From positions 18,414,001-18,478,000 of the forward strand of contig CM022676.1 of the NCBI GenBank assembly GCA_012295275.1: a stretch of DNA of 64,000 nt. The letters run 5' to 3'. The notes beneath the pieces were generated by a model that had not been told where the DNA came from, searched no databases, and was given only the letters and a program-made list of their open reading frames with translations. Source of the stretch: Chrysomallon squamiferum. Lineage: Eukaryota; Animalia; Mollusca. The position numbers were made by a program, and so were the translations under genes. Positions within the stretch are counted from its first letter, which is position 1. Each line of letters starts with the position of its first letter. Positions 40,174 through 55,425 of the stretch are shown here, piece by piece.

Positions 40174-43100
40174 TTAAATGGAGACTAAGTAGCCAATTTT
40201 AAGATATTTGTTCACATCATAGCTGTTGATGCATTATCACTTTAGATTACAATAAAGAGTTTGATAGGTTATCGCAATCAAGATCTTTTTGAGGTACACT
40301 TATGTGACAGGGTAAGGGAACAATGAGCCGTCCTATGACCCATGATCTCAGTCAGAGAAAATAGCTAGAAACAAGACTAACGCATTTTTCAAAAATTATT
40401 TCTTTATAAATTTCATCGCAGATGCACCTACTGTATAAACTAATGAGCGAATTACATTTTCAACACAGTCACCTTTATGCTTAGTCTTTTCAAATACACT
40501 GCGTGGTATTAACTTGGTGTCCATGGTTTCACTGCAGTTTCAGAGTTACAAACTAATACTGAATCTATCACAATTAAACCCGTCATAACTGACACTCAAC
40601 TCTACGATTCCCTTCTGCATTTTAGTAGTTTCCACATCAAACTTAGGAAAGACACTCGACTGAGCTAATTATTTCCTTGTCAGACTCAGTAATTGCACGT
40701 GACGTAATGTGCTGGGAGATGTTCTCAGAAATTTGACTACATGGTCCACTTCGTCAGCTTTGTTTGTGGTGTCATGACACTGATGCAGTGAACAGTGTTC
40801 CACTTTAGGCATACTTAATAATCACACAATCACCTGACTTCGGTTCTTTGTCCTGAAATAGAACATGTGCATCTTAATGAGACTTCTGTCTGTCTTCTGT
40901 TCTTTCCTTACACGCATTCTTCTTATATCAGATACAACAATATATACGCAGAAGAAAAGTAATAGTAGTAATCAATTATCTATTAAAGAACACTGATTTC
41001 AGTGTTGTATTTTTATTGTTTTCAAATGCAGCGAGGGACAACGAGACACCTTCCTATTGGATCCCATAGAAATTTCACATTGTTCCCTCCATCACTTTCA
41101 TTATGTTAGCACAGTGTACCAGAGAAAACTGTGGCTGATCGACTACAACTGCATTTAGCAGTCAAAGAAATACTAAATTAAATTAAAAAAATTAATAGTA
41201 GAACAGTAGTAGTTACAGTAAATGTAATAGATGTTGTCATCGTGGTGCTTACTATATGTATGTATACATGTGTGTACGTAAATGTATTTTTCAGGGTTAC
41301 AAACACAGGATAATAAGATTAACGTAACAGAGGCATCAACAACAACAACAACGTCGACTCTGTTAGATACATCTGGCTCAAGAAGTAATGTATCTACCTA
41401 ATTTATTTATGTATCTTTCTCTGTGTATATTAAACATATACGACCACAAATACAAAAGACAAAATGCACGTACCACTTCTATAACAGATTCGGTATCTTT
41501 ACTACTAAAAGTATACCTTTTCAATACAGAACTGTCAACTAGAGTTTTCTGTGTTCAGAAATAACAACAAACAAATTGTGTATTAATTATGAGTCGGATC
41601 ATCTGTGGTATCAGTAAATCTAGACAGTCAGCACTAAATGGAAGCGATTATAATTATAAGTTAACCTTTTAATTAAAGATAAAAATAAACATTATTGTTG
41701 GTATTAAGGTTTGGAAAATAACAAAAAATCTTTACTAATGTGACACTAAGAACACAAAAAATGATTCAGTCAGCAATGATGCAACTTGTGATATTTTCAT
41801 TTGGCACAAGTTTTTTTGTCAAATTACTGTTAACACTGAAAGAAGGAATACGGACAATTGCTCACTAAAAGCTGATGATTTTTCTCCTTCTTCAATAACA
41901 TTTTATTTTAGGTTGTGGTATGTGTGTGTAGATGGATCGGTTGCTGTGCGAACCTCATAAATAAATAATCAAAATAAACAAGTTAAAATTACTTCTAAAT
42001 CAACTATATAAAAAAAAAATAATATTGATAATTAAGTGATTTTGTGTAATTAACATAACTTTAAAGAAATTTTATTAATAACAAATCTACACTAATAAAC
42101 ACAAAGAAGCATACATATATAGAGACACGCACACAAACACATAGACACACATGGATATAATCAATACAGACTTCACTGGTTACCAGCATTACATTGAACA
42201 AACTAGCCAGTTGTATTACACATAGACTTGGACACGGTACATCGATTACAAAGGAAATGTCTGCTTTGGGGTTTTGCAGTTTAACACACATTCAAATCAC
42301 AGACTTTGGAATCTATCAAGTTCTAGATTCAAATTGATCTACTCGGAAAAATCTTGTGGATAATTTCATAGTTTTCCTTTGCATTTTTCTATTAATTTGA
42401 CCTTTCAATCACTTTTTGGTTGTTCTTGTTCATTATCTTGTTCTTTTTTGCCTTCTTGTTTTCAAATGTACAATTTCGTTATATTTCTGATATCATCATG
42501 TTTTTCAACGTCACCTGACCTGACTATCTTCTTGCCTACAAGGTCCACCAAGCATTCCTTCCAATGTGAACATAAAGAGAATCAGCTCTTCTGCCATCTC
42601 AGTGTCTTGGACAGAGGAATTTAACGGCGGCTTCATGCAAACATTCATTGTACAGTACAGAGAAAGCACGTCAACACACTGGAACAACGTCACAGAGAAA
42701 TTTCTAGAACGAGGTCTACACACAACCCATACAACAGTGATAGCATCTCTGAAATCAGACACGAAGTATCTTGTGAGGATTTTGGCTTGTAACAAATACG
42801 GAGTTAAAGATTTTACAGAAGAGACGGATATTGTAACAGCAGGTACATATATATTAATAACAAGGTAAAAGGTACGTTAGTACAGTTGTGCATCATATCA
42901 TCTTATTTGCTTTCAGTCTTGTTAGACTTTTTTTTTACCAGAAACGTTTGTGAAATCGCCACTTATTTTACGTTATCTTCTACATTTGAAACAAATTTAT
43001 ATATACATATGTATATATATGTATATAATGCAGAGACACCAATATTAACAATACAGCTTTATTCTGTTGTTGTTTTTTTTTTTTTTTTTTTTGTTGCCTA

Positions 43101-44603
43101 AACCGGTATACGGTTTGTATTTGTATCTAACTGGAAACACCTTTTTAATTTCTTGGCAGCCGTTTACACACTGTAAACGAATTGTTTTTAACAACTTTAA
43201 GACTCAGATCATCAAAGTTGGCCTACCCCCCCCCACAGCAATTCCACTCAGTGACTGAATTATTCATTAGGGGAAAATACGGCTGTTATTTTCATTTTTT
43301 CCTTCTGTTTGGATGTACTTGGTGTTGTTTTCTGTTTATTTTATTGATTTATTGTTTCTTTTTTTTTCTCTGCAAGATTCAAATATGTTGCATCCATGTC
43401 TTCCTCCAGAGGACTCAGTGTTATTTTTCTTGGAAGAATTAAATGTCTGAGGCTCAGTTGAACCTTTCTCTCAACTTTCCATGTAGCACATTCACGTTAT
43501 TAAATTTACTTTGTTTCATGTTTGCATGCTTTGGTTTCATCGTTTAACTGGTCACAGAGGACAAAAGTCCTCTTTGGAATGTAGAGTTGAACAAGTCAGT
43601 TAGATACACTGACCTGATATCAGTGTATTCATTGGAATGAGTTCGTTGTTCTATCGAATGTTAAATCTCTTCACTGATGTTACATCTTAAGGAGACAGAT
43701 TATAAAGGGTTTCGTTATTGTCAAGTTCAGACAACTCTCGAGATTTTACCACTCCCTTGGTAGAATTAAGGGAAGAATTCGCTTTTTATTATTATTAAAT
43801 TTTGTTCACGGATTCTTACTGCCAGACGATAGTGAATCAGAAGGTTCGATGTCGACTTTTTAAGGGTCCGATCAATTTTTGTTGTTGTTTGTTTTGGACC
43901 TCTATTTGGTTCTATATAATTCACCAGTCACCAACTCGAACAAGGGACTGTTGCGCGTAACCTCCAGTGAGACATGACAAGGAAACATGTTTGATATACT
44001 TGTACAAAATACATTGAATCAACTTTATAACCCCAGCCACCGCACCGAGAACAGCATACATAGGAACTCTGAACAAAAGTGATGTATTGTTAATTACTTG
44101 GTTGCAGACATTAACCATGACGAAATAAGGCGACTCATACAAATGTTCACCCTTGCACCACTTTTATAGCTCCTTTATTTTTGTTCCTTCCTTTGTTCTA
44201 TCATATTGTGTAAGCTTTATATGTTTGTGTATTTACTGTAGCATAATATGTACCCATTTAGTCTGTATTTTCTTACAGTGTACACGTTTCAAATTCGAAT
44301 ACCTTTTTATAGTACATCTGTATTCAGTTTAACAAGTGTTATTTCAGATGACGAGTCTAATGAAAATGTGATAGCAGCGGCTGTTGGATCTGGATCAGGA
44401 ATTCTCGTCTTAACTCTTCTTGTTATTGGAATTAATTTCATATGTCGTAGACTGAAAAAAGGTTCATACTTTTGTTTCTTTGCTGTGTTATTTGTAATCT
44501 ACGAACGTGCATTTGAGTGCATCTTCTTCTGGGTGTGTATGTGCTTATGTACATGTATGTGTGTGTGTGTGTGTGTGTGTGAGTCTGAGATTTAGCAGCT
44601 TTT

Positions 44604-44649
<46 letters not shown>

Positions 44650-44783
44650 AAGAGAGAGAGTTATGTATCAGTAAAACAATTTGAAAGAAGAAAGAAATAC
44701 ATTTTGTAAGAAGAAAAATTATAATAATTATATGCAATTTCAGAACTATCATCTTCATCTTTTTTATTATTATTATTATTGTA

Positions 44784-44864
<81 letters not shown>

Positions 44865-46006
44865 TTTAATATTATAAAATAACTGATCTTGTTTCGATTA
44901 TTTTATTTAATGTAACAAATACTGTGATAATTTTTACCAGATGACTTCATCTGTATTATGCTTTTGTGGAAACCATTTTTACATTTAGGAACTTTACTAA
45001 CAATAAATAAGAATTCTAATTTTTTGTTTTATTATTATTAGTTTTTTATTATTTGTTTTTAGTTTACACCTGCAATTTTCATTTAAATCTTGTTTTTCAG
45101 GAAATGGAAAAGACAAACATGAGTATGAAAAAAGGTAATGTTAAGTGACAGTACAGGTGAATATAGTTTTGAAAAATTTCGTAGCTGTGTTGATACATAT
45201 ATGTCCTCCTTTATAGCAGTGATTACACATTTCAGTCCTTAAACGAGTATATTTATTATGCAAATGAAAGGTTAAAAGTCTGCTGATAAAACATCCTATC
45301 CTGTTTTAATGAAGATGACATTCTAACGTCCACAATTCAGAGGTTCAATGATCGGTTAATCTCTAAATGTAAGCAGTTCTCGATTGGTGTCCGAAATATT
45401 TCTGTGTTAGCCTGTGGTTTGTTGACGATCAAGGGTGAGATGACATATCTCTGGTCAAGGGAACACTAGGCCGTCGTGGTCAGTTGTGTTAATGAAATTT
45501 TGCACTGTTTTCAAGGTATCTTAAATGTACTGATTCATTAATGCATCTGTCTCCGAAGTGAGAAAAAGACTGACAGATCCAAAATGTGTTACACAAATTT
45601 CGTGATAACCATATTATATGATGGTGATCTACAAGAAGATAATTTTTATGATATGATGTTTGCTGCTTTCAAACTCGAAGTTTGAGCACCGAGTTCCCTT
45701 TAAGAGAGAGACCGAAGAGATCCATCACTAGCTAGATCCTAGTTTTCTATTTAGATAACTCGACTGACTTGTAGCTGAATCCAGTATATATAAACGTCAC
45801 TGTCAAATTTATGTACTAATTTTCCCATCTTTCTAACAAAGAGTAAGTGTATTTTTTGTGTGTTTGTGTACGATGTCTGATTCTAATATATCTATATATG
45901 ATGTCTATTTTATCTATTTTATATTATTATCCAACAATCCACAGTTACATTGTTTGGTAATTTCTTTTTTAATTAATTTCAAAGTTTATTTCATTTTATA
46001 TCATTA

Positions 46007-46081
<75 letters not shown>

Positions 46082-46916
46082 ATCATTTGACTGTTAATTG
46101 TAAGAAGGCCCTATGTAAATTTTATATTAAAATTAAAAAAATGAATTCACGTAGACATTTTGTCTGTTTCAAATCACAGAACTGATCCAGAACCGCAGTC
46201 TCCAACATACGAAAATCTTCCTTCTGAACCGGGTAGGTGCAACATTTTCTTAATAGCAATTTGAATACGCCTTACTTTACTAAACAGTTTTCAATTCTGA
46301 AGGTTCAGTATATATTAACACTCCTGTCAAGGCAATCAGGAAAAAATCGAGGAAGGTACACAAGGAAGTAAAAAATGATCCAGTAAAGAAGGGGCCTGAA
46401 AAAAATATTATGAAATAGTAATGACATAAAATGTTGTCATTTATACACAGGGCTAAGAACGTCTAAGGTTATTTTGTATTACATGATTAATTAGTAGAAC
46501 TAATTTGTATTATCTCTTCAGATATGCTAGTATAAAATTTAGCATCTTTCTATGATAAATACAGATTATTTGTAAATTAATATTTTTCAGTGTGATATAT
46601 TTTATCAGCGCCACAGATTAGTATTTGTCTTTCTAGTTGTAAATAGCAACCTAGTGATGCTACTCTGTCACTTTTCATATTTTCTCTTTTTAATTCTCTG
46701 TACATTTTATTACTTATGGTTTATTAATGCAGTTTTGTTTGACTGTTTCTTCTACGTTTAACTACCGATGTATGCATGATTATTTCAGAAAGGTAACAAA
46801 ACCATTTAAACATGTCTTATTTATTCTGTGTAGGTAACAACGCAGAACGAAGTGGGTCATCTGAGCAGCATCCGTATGAAGTATTTGGAGTCGATGATAA
46901 TGGACCAAAATATTAA
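37972..46916 (+). CDS. Ig/FN3 type I membrane receptor with Tyr-motif tail (partly decayed exons; may be alternatively spliced or pseudogenising)
   Basis: Exons: 37972-38038 (signal [22 protein letters not shown]); 39017-39370 (Cys-rich Ig, ...NDTGVWCC); 39757-~40053 (Cys-rich Ig, 3' end unclear); 41295-41384 (Thr-rich stalk); 42543-42842 (FN3: [43 protein letters not shown]); 44348-44461 (TM); 45101-45134; 46180-46232; 46834-46916 (stop). Phases are consistent. Confidence 0.7.
42150..42380 (+). pseudogene. Decayed Ig-domain exon just upstream of the FN3 exon
   Basis: 42281-42370 reads [30 protein letters not shown], an Ig E-F-G strand signature (DFGxY) with an in-frame TGA at 42335. The upstream part is frameshifted. 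Confidence 0.55.
43400..43700 (-). mobile_element. Decayed L2-like LINE 3' fragment
   Basis: Minus strand gives, with frameshifts, [16 protein letters not shown]...KPKHANMK...SSKK. This matches the L2 ORF2 tail motif PxYLxDLxxxYxPxRxLRS. Confidence 0.45.
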
Positions 46917-46948
46917 AATATCTCTTTATAACTGTGTTTACTCAAAAC

Positions 46949-46997
<49 letters not shown>

Positions 46998-47035
46998 CAT
47001 ACACATACATACATACGTACGTACATACATAAATA

Positions 47036-47099
<64 letters not shown>

Positions 47100-47449
47100 G
47101 TTTTGTAGATACGTTCATTCATTCCTACATATACACATATAAGTACCGACATATATAGGTTAAACATAAAAAAAAACCCCATCTATTTGCAGGATATGAA
47201 ATGATATAATAATTATTCACTATTATTGATTTTTTAAAATCAAAACACCTAATTAAATATATATATATATCTTTTGCTTTTCATACAAAATCATGGTTAG
47301 ACAAATTTGTTTTAAATGTGGTTTATTACTTGTATTGTGTTTACTTCAAGACAATGTAATATACAGTGCATATTTGTATAGTATTTTATATTCTAAAATT
47401 AGTGTTTTTCTTTCAATTAACTGATACTGTACAGCATATAATTGCGATA

Positions 47450-47850
47450 AATCTGTAAAATTGTGATTAAACTATGTTTTTTTTCATAATCTAATTAATC
47501 TGTATATATTAAATTTGTGATAAACCTCTCTCTACTAAACTGCTACTTACTCTATGTCTTGTGAAATTGTGACTTAACTGTGTTTAGTAAAATTTGAATT
47601 ACTCTATGTCCATTAAAATTGAGAATGAACTACATCTAGTGAAATTGTTATTAATCTGTCTAGTAAATTGTAAAGAGCTGTGGCTATTTCATTGTGATTT
47701 CATTTTGACCAGTAAAATTCTAATTAGTCTTTGTTTAGTAAAATTGTGAATAATATATGTCTAGTAAAACTGTTATTAAACTATGCCTAGTAAGATTCTG
47801 ATTAAACTATATCTAGTACAATTCTGATTAATTTGTTTCTGGTAGAAACA
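47450..47850. repeat. Degenerate ~30-bp tandem repeat (tctagtaaaattgtgattaaactatg)
   Basis: About 12 diverged units downstream of the receptor stop codon. Confidence 0.7.
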
Positions 47851-48911
47851 GTGTATGACATTTATGTTTTGTACGAACAAATAAGTTAGATTTTTGACAT
47901 GTTATCTAACTGATGACAATAATTTATAATATCCATGTGATACTAGAGCCCAGAGCAAGATGTCACTTAATTATTAGCCACACAACACAAAACAGACGAA
48001 AATACGTTTACAGTCTTATTATTTGTTGTCATAACAAAATACAATCAAAATAATACTCAGTCATGAACATTATAACATATTTCTTTTCGTTACTGATAAC
48101 AACAGTTGTGTAATCTCATTTATCACATTAACTTGCCTTTATCAGCAATATGTCCTAAGCATTTCCACAACAGTCAAATTCACAAAGTTTACTCCACTAT
48201 GTATATCTATCGCAAGGCTGTCGTCTTCAAGTCGGTGCTATTTAAATGTTACGTTACTTAGCGGACGTCAAAGAAATCAACTAAACACTGACTTACATCC
48301 GAACTAGTACGTCACTTAAATCACTGGTCAAAACCAGTCTATATAATGGTATACAATTAATTTAGTATTATCAGTTATACGTTACACAGACACATGTATG
48401 TCATATTTGTCTACATAATAATCTATGGCATCATTTAAAAAAAGAAATTAAGTGTACTTTATGTAGAACACTATATCGATTTTAAGGTAGCAAAGAGTGA
48501 AATTAGGAAGAAATAACCACACTTTATTAGTAATAATAAGAAAATAAAATAAATAAACAAGACACTAACTGAACATTTTCGTCACTGTATGATGAACTAT
48601 GTAGGTGATAGCAACAGCTTCAATTAAGATATAACTGTAACATATCACTAGATAAATATATTTAACACATAAACACATAAAATATAACTATAGAACAAGA
48701 ATGTACGACAAAAAAATCAAGTTATAGCAGTAGAACATATAATGATTTGCAATGTTATATATTTAAATTTTAGTTAAAGTCGGAGTAATATAATTAACAA
48801 GAATTTTATCTTTCTTTCAGCTTTTATTTATGTACTGATTTATTAATTGCTATTTTCATCAGACTCTTCATCTTTCTAGTTATTCATTTATTTGTTTGTT
48901 TATTTGTTTGT

Positions 48912-48974
<63 letters not shown>

Positions 48975-48983
48975 TTATTATTA

Positions 48984-49028
<45 letters not shown>

Positions 49029-49600
49029 TATTTTTTTTATTTATTTTTTTATTTTTTTTTAATAGCTCTCTCGCTTTCGTCTGAAAATACGTTTCAGTTT
49101 CAGGCAAGTTACATAAACGGTATTTCGACATAAACGTGTAAACGTATTTTTCATATTAGACAAATTATTGTTCAAAAATATATCTGGATTTATCTGGTAG
49201 ACCGTTTCTCGAATCATCGCTTTTAAATACATAATGACATTCATCTACATATTTGTCAACATTACAAATATCTTCTATTTTGTCTTACAATATTAAACCA
49301 GTTTTAACAGCAAGTTTAGCATCACAGGTCTAATTTTACATAAGACATGAACATTCGCTTGAACACTGCTCTTAATTTACAGCTGTATTTCTTGCATTAG
49401 TATCTTAATTGATATTCACTAAAACAGTAAAACATTTCCTATTTATATCAGACCTAATTAACTTATTCCGTAATCCAGTCCTGCTGACTCTATCAAAACA
49501 TATCAAAAGCCTTCACAAAATCTATAAAAGGAAAATACACACACATATATATATATATATATATATTTTTTTATTTTATTTTTTTTTTTTTTTTTTTTCA

Positions 49601-49636
<36 letters not shown>

Positions 49637-51375
49637 TGTATTATTATTGTTGTTGTTGTTGTTGTTGTTGCTGCTGCTGCTGCTGTTCTTCTTATTATTT
49701 TTTTATTTTTCTTTTATTTTTTTATTTTTTGTTTTTGCATTTGTTCATTTAAATAATTATATACTATAAAGAAAATAAATCTCTGTTACGGAATACATTT
49801 ACGAAATACAGCCTGATTTTGTGAAAGCAGGTTTGTTTTATCTGTGTACTTATTTAATTCAAAATTTAATACAGATTCAAATAATTTACCACTAACCAAC
49901 TAGATGTTACAGTTGATGTTTCAAGAATAACGTTAAACAGTAGAACATATAAAGGTAACATAATATTAAGTGTATATATTAATATATTCATCAGTAATAA
50001 AGTCTTCTCCAGCTGGTTGATCACTGCTGTAGATATTTCGTCAGCTGAAAAAGTGTTGTTCAAAATATCATTAGTGCTTTCAAGACTTTCAGTGTGGAAT
50101 TTACATCAACGTTACAATTAAAGGTTGTGAAAAAACAAATCAGTTCACACATCTTCTTCTGATAGTCAGTGTTTATTGCTGTTAAGAACTGACCAGTACT
50201 CTATTGGATTTAACGTTTTTAGCATTTTAATTTCACGTTGAATATATATTTTACGTTCCCTAATTGATCGAGTTAGTGTTTGTTTGAATTGATTCTCTTT
50301 GTACTTCAAGTTAGTTTTCAGTATACATCCACCATATTGTTTATGTCTTTGTCTCTCTTCCCTGACATCTTTTTAGCAATTTTGAAAGCTCTGTGAAACC
50401 AAACCTGATTATAATGATGCTTATTGTAATATAGGTTGGTTTCTTTCCAAACCTATCTTTAGCTGCAGTTATAAATATCACATTTATATCTAAGACTATA
50501 TTATTTATAAATTCAGAATTGCGCTCAGGAAATGCTTTTTGTTTTTTAATTTTGTAATATTTCTTTGTTTTTAAATGTTTTATTTTGTTTTTTGTTGGTT
50601 TTTTTGTTTTGTTTTTATTTTATTTTATTTATTGTTTTTTATTATTATTATTACTTTAAAGTTATCTCAAAATTCGTGTTTTTTTATCATTACACCATTT
50701 CCTAGGGAGTTCCTTAGAACTTTTTCAGGTGTCATTTACAGTGTTTTCAGGGTTTATTTGTGTCTGTAGTTTGGACTGTGGGCATTTAATAAGAACGAAG
50801 AAAATGACAGTATGGCAAAATGTTGTACTAAGGACTGTCATTTTTCCAAAACATCTATTTTCATCTGCTGTACCAGTCATGAGTAACATGTAATATATAT
50901 CTAGATAAATTCAGGAGAATACGAACATAGTTATTTTTATTTTGACCATAAAATAAAGAAAAAAAAAACAACGAAAAAAAACCCAATAACAAATAACAAC
51001 TATATTGAAATTAAAATAAATTATCAATTGATGTAGGTAACATAATATTAAAGGTGATATATTATTATAAATTAAATTTATTTCATTTACACTTTTGTCT
51101 TCTTGTTATGCAAGATCCCTAATAATTTTATTCCGAATACTTCAGAATACTGGTCTTAGTTTTGTGAGGAAACACTCCAGCATATCAAATTAAAGTGTGA
51201 TGAGTTTGTTTCTTTGTTCTGTAGGTGAGATAAAAATAGCGTGTCACTGATACAGGAGACACACTAAGGTGTACCCAGTGTTATTTACGACGATCAAACC
51301 TTAAACAGGATCTACTGTTACTGTAGGTTAGAGCAAGACATACTTTTCTAAATTTCTGTCATACACTGATAAACT

Positions 51376-51433
<58 letters not shown>

Positions 51434-51904
51434 AAAATTGATGTTAAACTGTACCTATGGAAAAAAATCGATAAATAATCTAAAGATATTATGCATATTA
51501 CCAAACTGTTTAATTTCAGTTTCGCCGATCCACTATTAGGATAAATCAGCATTGAGAAAGTTCGAGATAATTCCAAGTGCATCAATCGCTAGAAGGGTAC
51601 CCCACAAATTGGCCCTTGTAAAAGATTGACAGTGACTATATTTGTTTCATGTCGCAATGAAAAGAAACCAGGGATACATGTGGCTTGATGGGTAGTCAGA
51701 AATATGTGCATGAAGGATGTTACACCAGAAGGAAATGGGGAAAAATAAAATAACTTTATTTTTCAAAAATAAACGTTTGCACTTTGGTTTAAGGTGAAAT
51801 GTGTATACAATACAAGCAGTTACAATTCAGAATGGAAACGAAGTATAAGTAAAATACTATTACATACGTGGATAACAAATTTATATACTTTGCCTTTATG
51901 CAAT

Positions 51905-54900
51905 ATTTTTATGAATCACTTGTAAACTGCTTCACTGAAAGGTTTTCATCACTTTTCTTAGTAATAACATTTTGTAGGTGAACACATTTTATTTTTTTAT
52001 CTATTTTTCTTTTTTTCTTTATGTATGTCATACGTTTTGTGTCATTTCCTAACAAAAAAAGTGCTTTGAAACAGCAGCGCTGTCGTACACTACTCAGTCA
52101 ACATATTATAAAACATGAATCTGGATCTAAATTAACGTAGTTGCGTTTCACAGAGACAAACTCATCTGTTCAGTTTTTAAATAAGAAATGTCTTTCTTTC
52201 AATATATTTGGAGGCTATATATATATGTCTATTTAGATATAGATATAGATATTAAAGGTGGAATTTTAAATAATAATAATAAAAATAAAAATAATAATAA
52301 TAATAATAATAATTATAAAATTAGATACTAAACGTAAATTATCGATTAAACCTACTAGCAAAATATTACCTAAATATTATAAAAATAGCAGTAAAACAGG
52401 AGTTAAGTAGTGAATCACACTTAAAGAGCACATGCTGACAACAAAATGTCCATTTCGACACTTTTAATAATTTAATGGAAATATATTTTCGAGATTGCAA
52501 TTCTCTTGGACAGCATATGTAAAGCTTTGTTTTGTGTTTTTGGGGAAATTTGACACGTGAATGAACCTGAGCGATATTTTAATATAATTTCAAATCTTCT
52601 TAGTTCTTTATTCTTGAAATTATAACATCGTGTCGTTTAGTTGTGCCTTTCTTACTTCGTTATGATTGTACATATTAAAATACATAGAAATAAAGGAATT
52701 TTTTAAATTATCAAACGCAACGTATCTTCAAAGAAATAAGGCGTGTCAGTATGTTTATTTACTCGTTACAAGCTGCACTATCTTCATAATTTTCATCTCA
52801 CTTTCTCCCCTATCAAATGACACGTAAGAATCGAAGAAACGTGACTTGTAAGATAAATGATCTCGTCACGTTTGTTAAGAAGAGAAATAACTCAAACAGA
52901 AAGTTGCCATTTGAAAAGCGTTTAAGAGTAATCACAGTGTTTTAGGAGAATATAATTATATGACGTACCTCTGCTATTATTTTCTTTCTTAATTACTGTT
53001 ATTGTTGGCGTTGCTGTTGTGGTTATTGTTGTTGTTGTAGTGGTTCTTGTTGTCGATGTAAAATACTTCAAGTAGAAATTTGCCTTTGCACAATATTGAA
53101 GACATTAAAGAGGTTTATTCGCTGAAGAATTTATTACAAAAGTGAACTAAATTGTAGTCAGTGTGTTTTCTTGCGTGTGCGTGTGCGCGTGTGTACATAG
53201 CCAGAGAGAAAGACGTACATGAATAACAAACGTATCTGCTTTGCCTTGAGGCGATATTGACATGCATGACTTGTAAACTACAAAAGTGAAAGGTTTTCTT
53301 GCCTTTTCTTAGTGATAACACTTTGTAGGTGAACTTATTTTATTATTCTTTTTTCTATTTATGTATACGTTCCATGCCACTTACTAACAACAAACGTGCT
53401 CTGAAACAGCAGTGCTGTTGCAAAATAAACTGATTAAGTCTGATATGTATAGAAAAATATGAATCAGGACCTAAATTAAATAGTTGCGCTATACCGAGAG
53501 AAACTGATCTGTTGAGTTTTTTAAAAATAAGAAATGTCTTTCTTTCCAATTATTTGTATTTATTTACTGGTTATACCCACTGTCGTTTCAGGTATGTCAT
53601 AACGTTTTGGTATTTCTATATTCATATAGTTATAAAGACTGAAATACTGAGTAATAATAAAAAATAATAATATAATTACACACAAAAAATAACTTATCGA
53701 TTAAATGTACTAGTCAATCTACGAACGTAAACTTTTATATTTGTTCTGAGATAACAAATCGTAGCACAATTGCAAGAATATCTTCTTGTATGAATATCTG
53801 TGTATTTTTAATCATTTTATTTAAAATTCGGTATCAGTGATATATAGAATTCTGTTCTAAAATGAGGATCGTGAATTGAATAGTGGATACAACTGCATGA
53901 ACAAAAAATCAGTTTGGTATGTAGAATTGTGTTTGCTCAAATTTTAAAATATTAGCTTAGTATTATTCACACTTGAATTTTTTTCATTTTGGCCAAAAAT
54001 GGGCGTGACCTATAGCTTTTTAGGTCTGATATTTTGGTAATCAGTGGGTCGATATTGATGAAACTATTTCACTGAAAAACTAATTTAATAAGGATGCTTA
54101 CAAGCAACAACTAAATTTTGGTACATTTTTTTCTTTTTGTTTCATCCTGAATTTGACTTTGTGACTTAAAATGACGTTCAAACGACCTCAAATCAAAGTT
54201 AAATTCCTAAATGTTGCCTTCAACATACAAAAATTGAAGAGGATGCTTAGTAGTAGAAAAAGGAACAGAGTAGAAAAACACACTTAAAGTGGACATGCTG
54301 GCCACAAAATGCCCTTTTTAAAACTTTTAGTGATTTAATGTAAACAAATGTTCTAGGCTGGAATGGAATGTAATTTTACTTTTTCTTTATTATTAAGATT
54401 ATCAGATCTGATCATTTAGTTCTACCTTTCTTACTGGTTTATAATTGTACATATTAAATTATATTGAATAAAATAAAATTTATAACATCTGAAAATACAA
54501 CGTACCATCAAACAAATATAAATTATCAGTATGTTTATTTGTCCGCAACAAGTAGCACGGTTTCTTTATAATTTGTATCTGACTTTCACCAATGAAGTGA
54601 CACTTAAGAACCGAAGAAACGTGACTTGTAAGATAAATTACTTCAGTCACGTTTTCACGAGTAGACAATTTTTTAACAAGAGAAATTACACTAAAACACC
54701 AAACTACTTCAGAGAGGCAGTTATCACTTGAAAAGAGTTTCAACACTAATAAGGCAGCTGTAAGATATTATAATAATATTACGTACCTATATCATTATTT
54801 TCTTTCTTACTTATTATCATTGTTGTTATTCTTTTTGTTGCTGTTATTGGTGTTGTGGTGTTTATTGCTGTTGATATAAGAAAATACTTCATACAAAAAT

Positions 54901-54940
54901 GTGTCTTTTGTAAACAGTTTAACAATAGTAAGAGGTATAA
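51905..54940 (+). repeat. Tandem segmental duplication including the SRCR gene promoter/first exon
   Basis: 51915-52210 aligns with 53265-53555 (gaaaggtttt...gtaggtgaac...gaaacagcag...aaataagaaatgtctttcttt). 52415-53110 aligns with 54278-54940. Confidence 0.8.
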
Positions 54941-55382
54941 AGGATTCAGTTTCTAAGTGTGCGCTTTTTTTGTCCTAAGGCATGTTTGTATTTTCTTGTT
55001 TATCTCTATTTAAATATAGTTTGTGATATGTTGTAGTCTGTTGTTTGTTGTTTCAGTGGAAGGATACATTCCTGTTAACTGTGAGTTACCCCCTGTACTC
55101 TGTATCTTAGTTTGTTTGTGATAGTGTTTGTTAACGTCCAGCACAGATAGCAGTTTGTAATAAACTGTTTACACACATTTAGCTGTTGCAGTATAAGTAA
55201 TGAACTGTTGTTGTCTGATCTAAATAACAAACATTCAGCTGATAAAAAAAAAAAAAAAATCACATCTATACTGCCGGAAACGTAGCCATTAATACGTTAA
55301 CAGTTTTCCATGTGGACGTAACTAAAACTGTGCTTTATATTCTGAATAATTGTGATTGTCACCAGAAAGGACCAGCATGCAC

Positions 55383-55425
<43 letters not shown>

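Noticed and set aside
40560-40925. Possible DNA-transposon protein remnant on minus strand ([10 protein letters not shown]...HVVKFLR)
   Set aside because: Too short and interrupted to assign without a database search.
46781-46833. 4-nt microexon (cag|AAAG|gtaac) before the last receptor exon
   Set aside because: It would leave a 41-nt intron and shift the frame; probably chance or a small local duplication.
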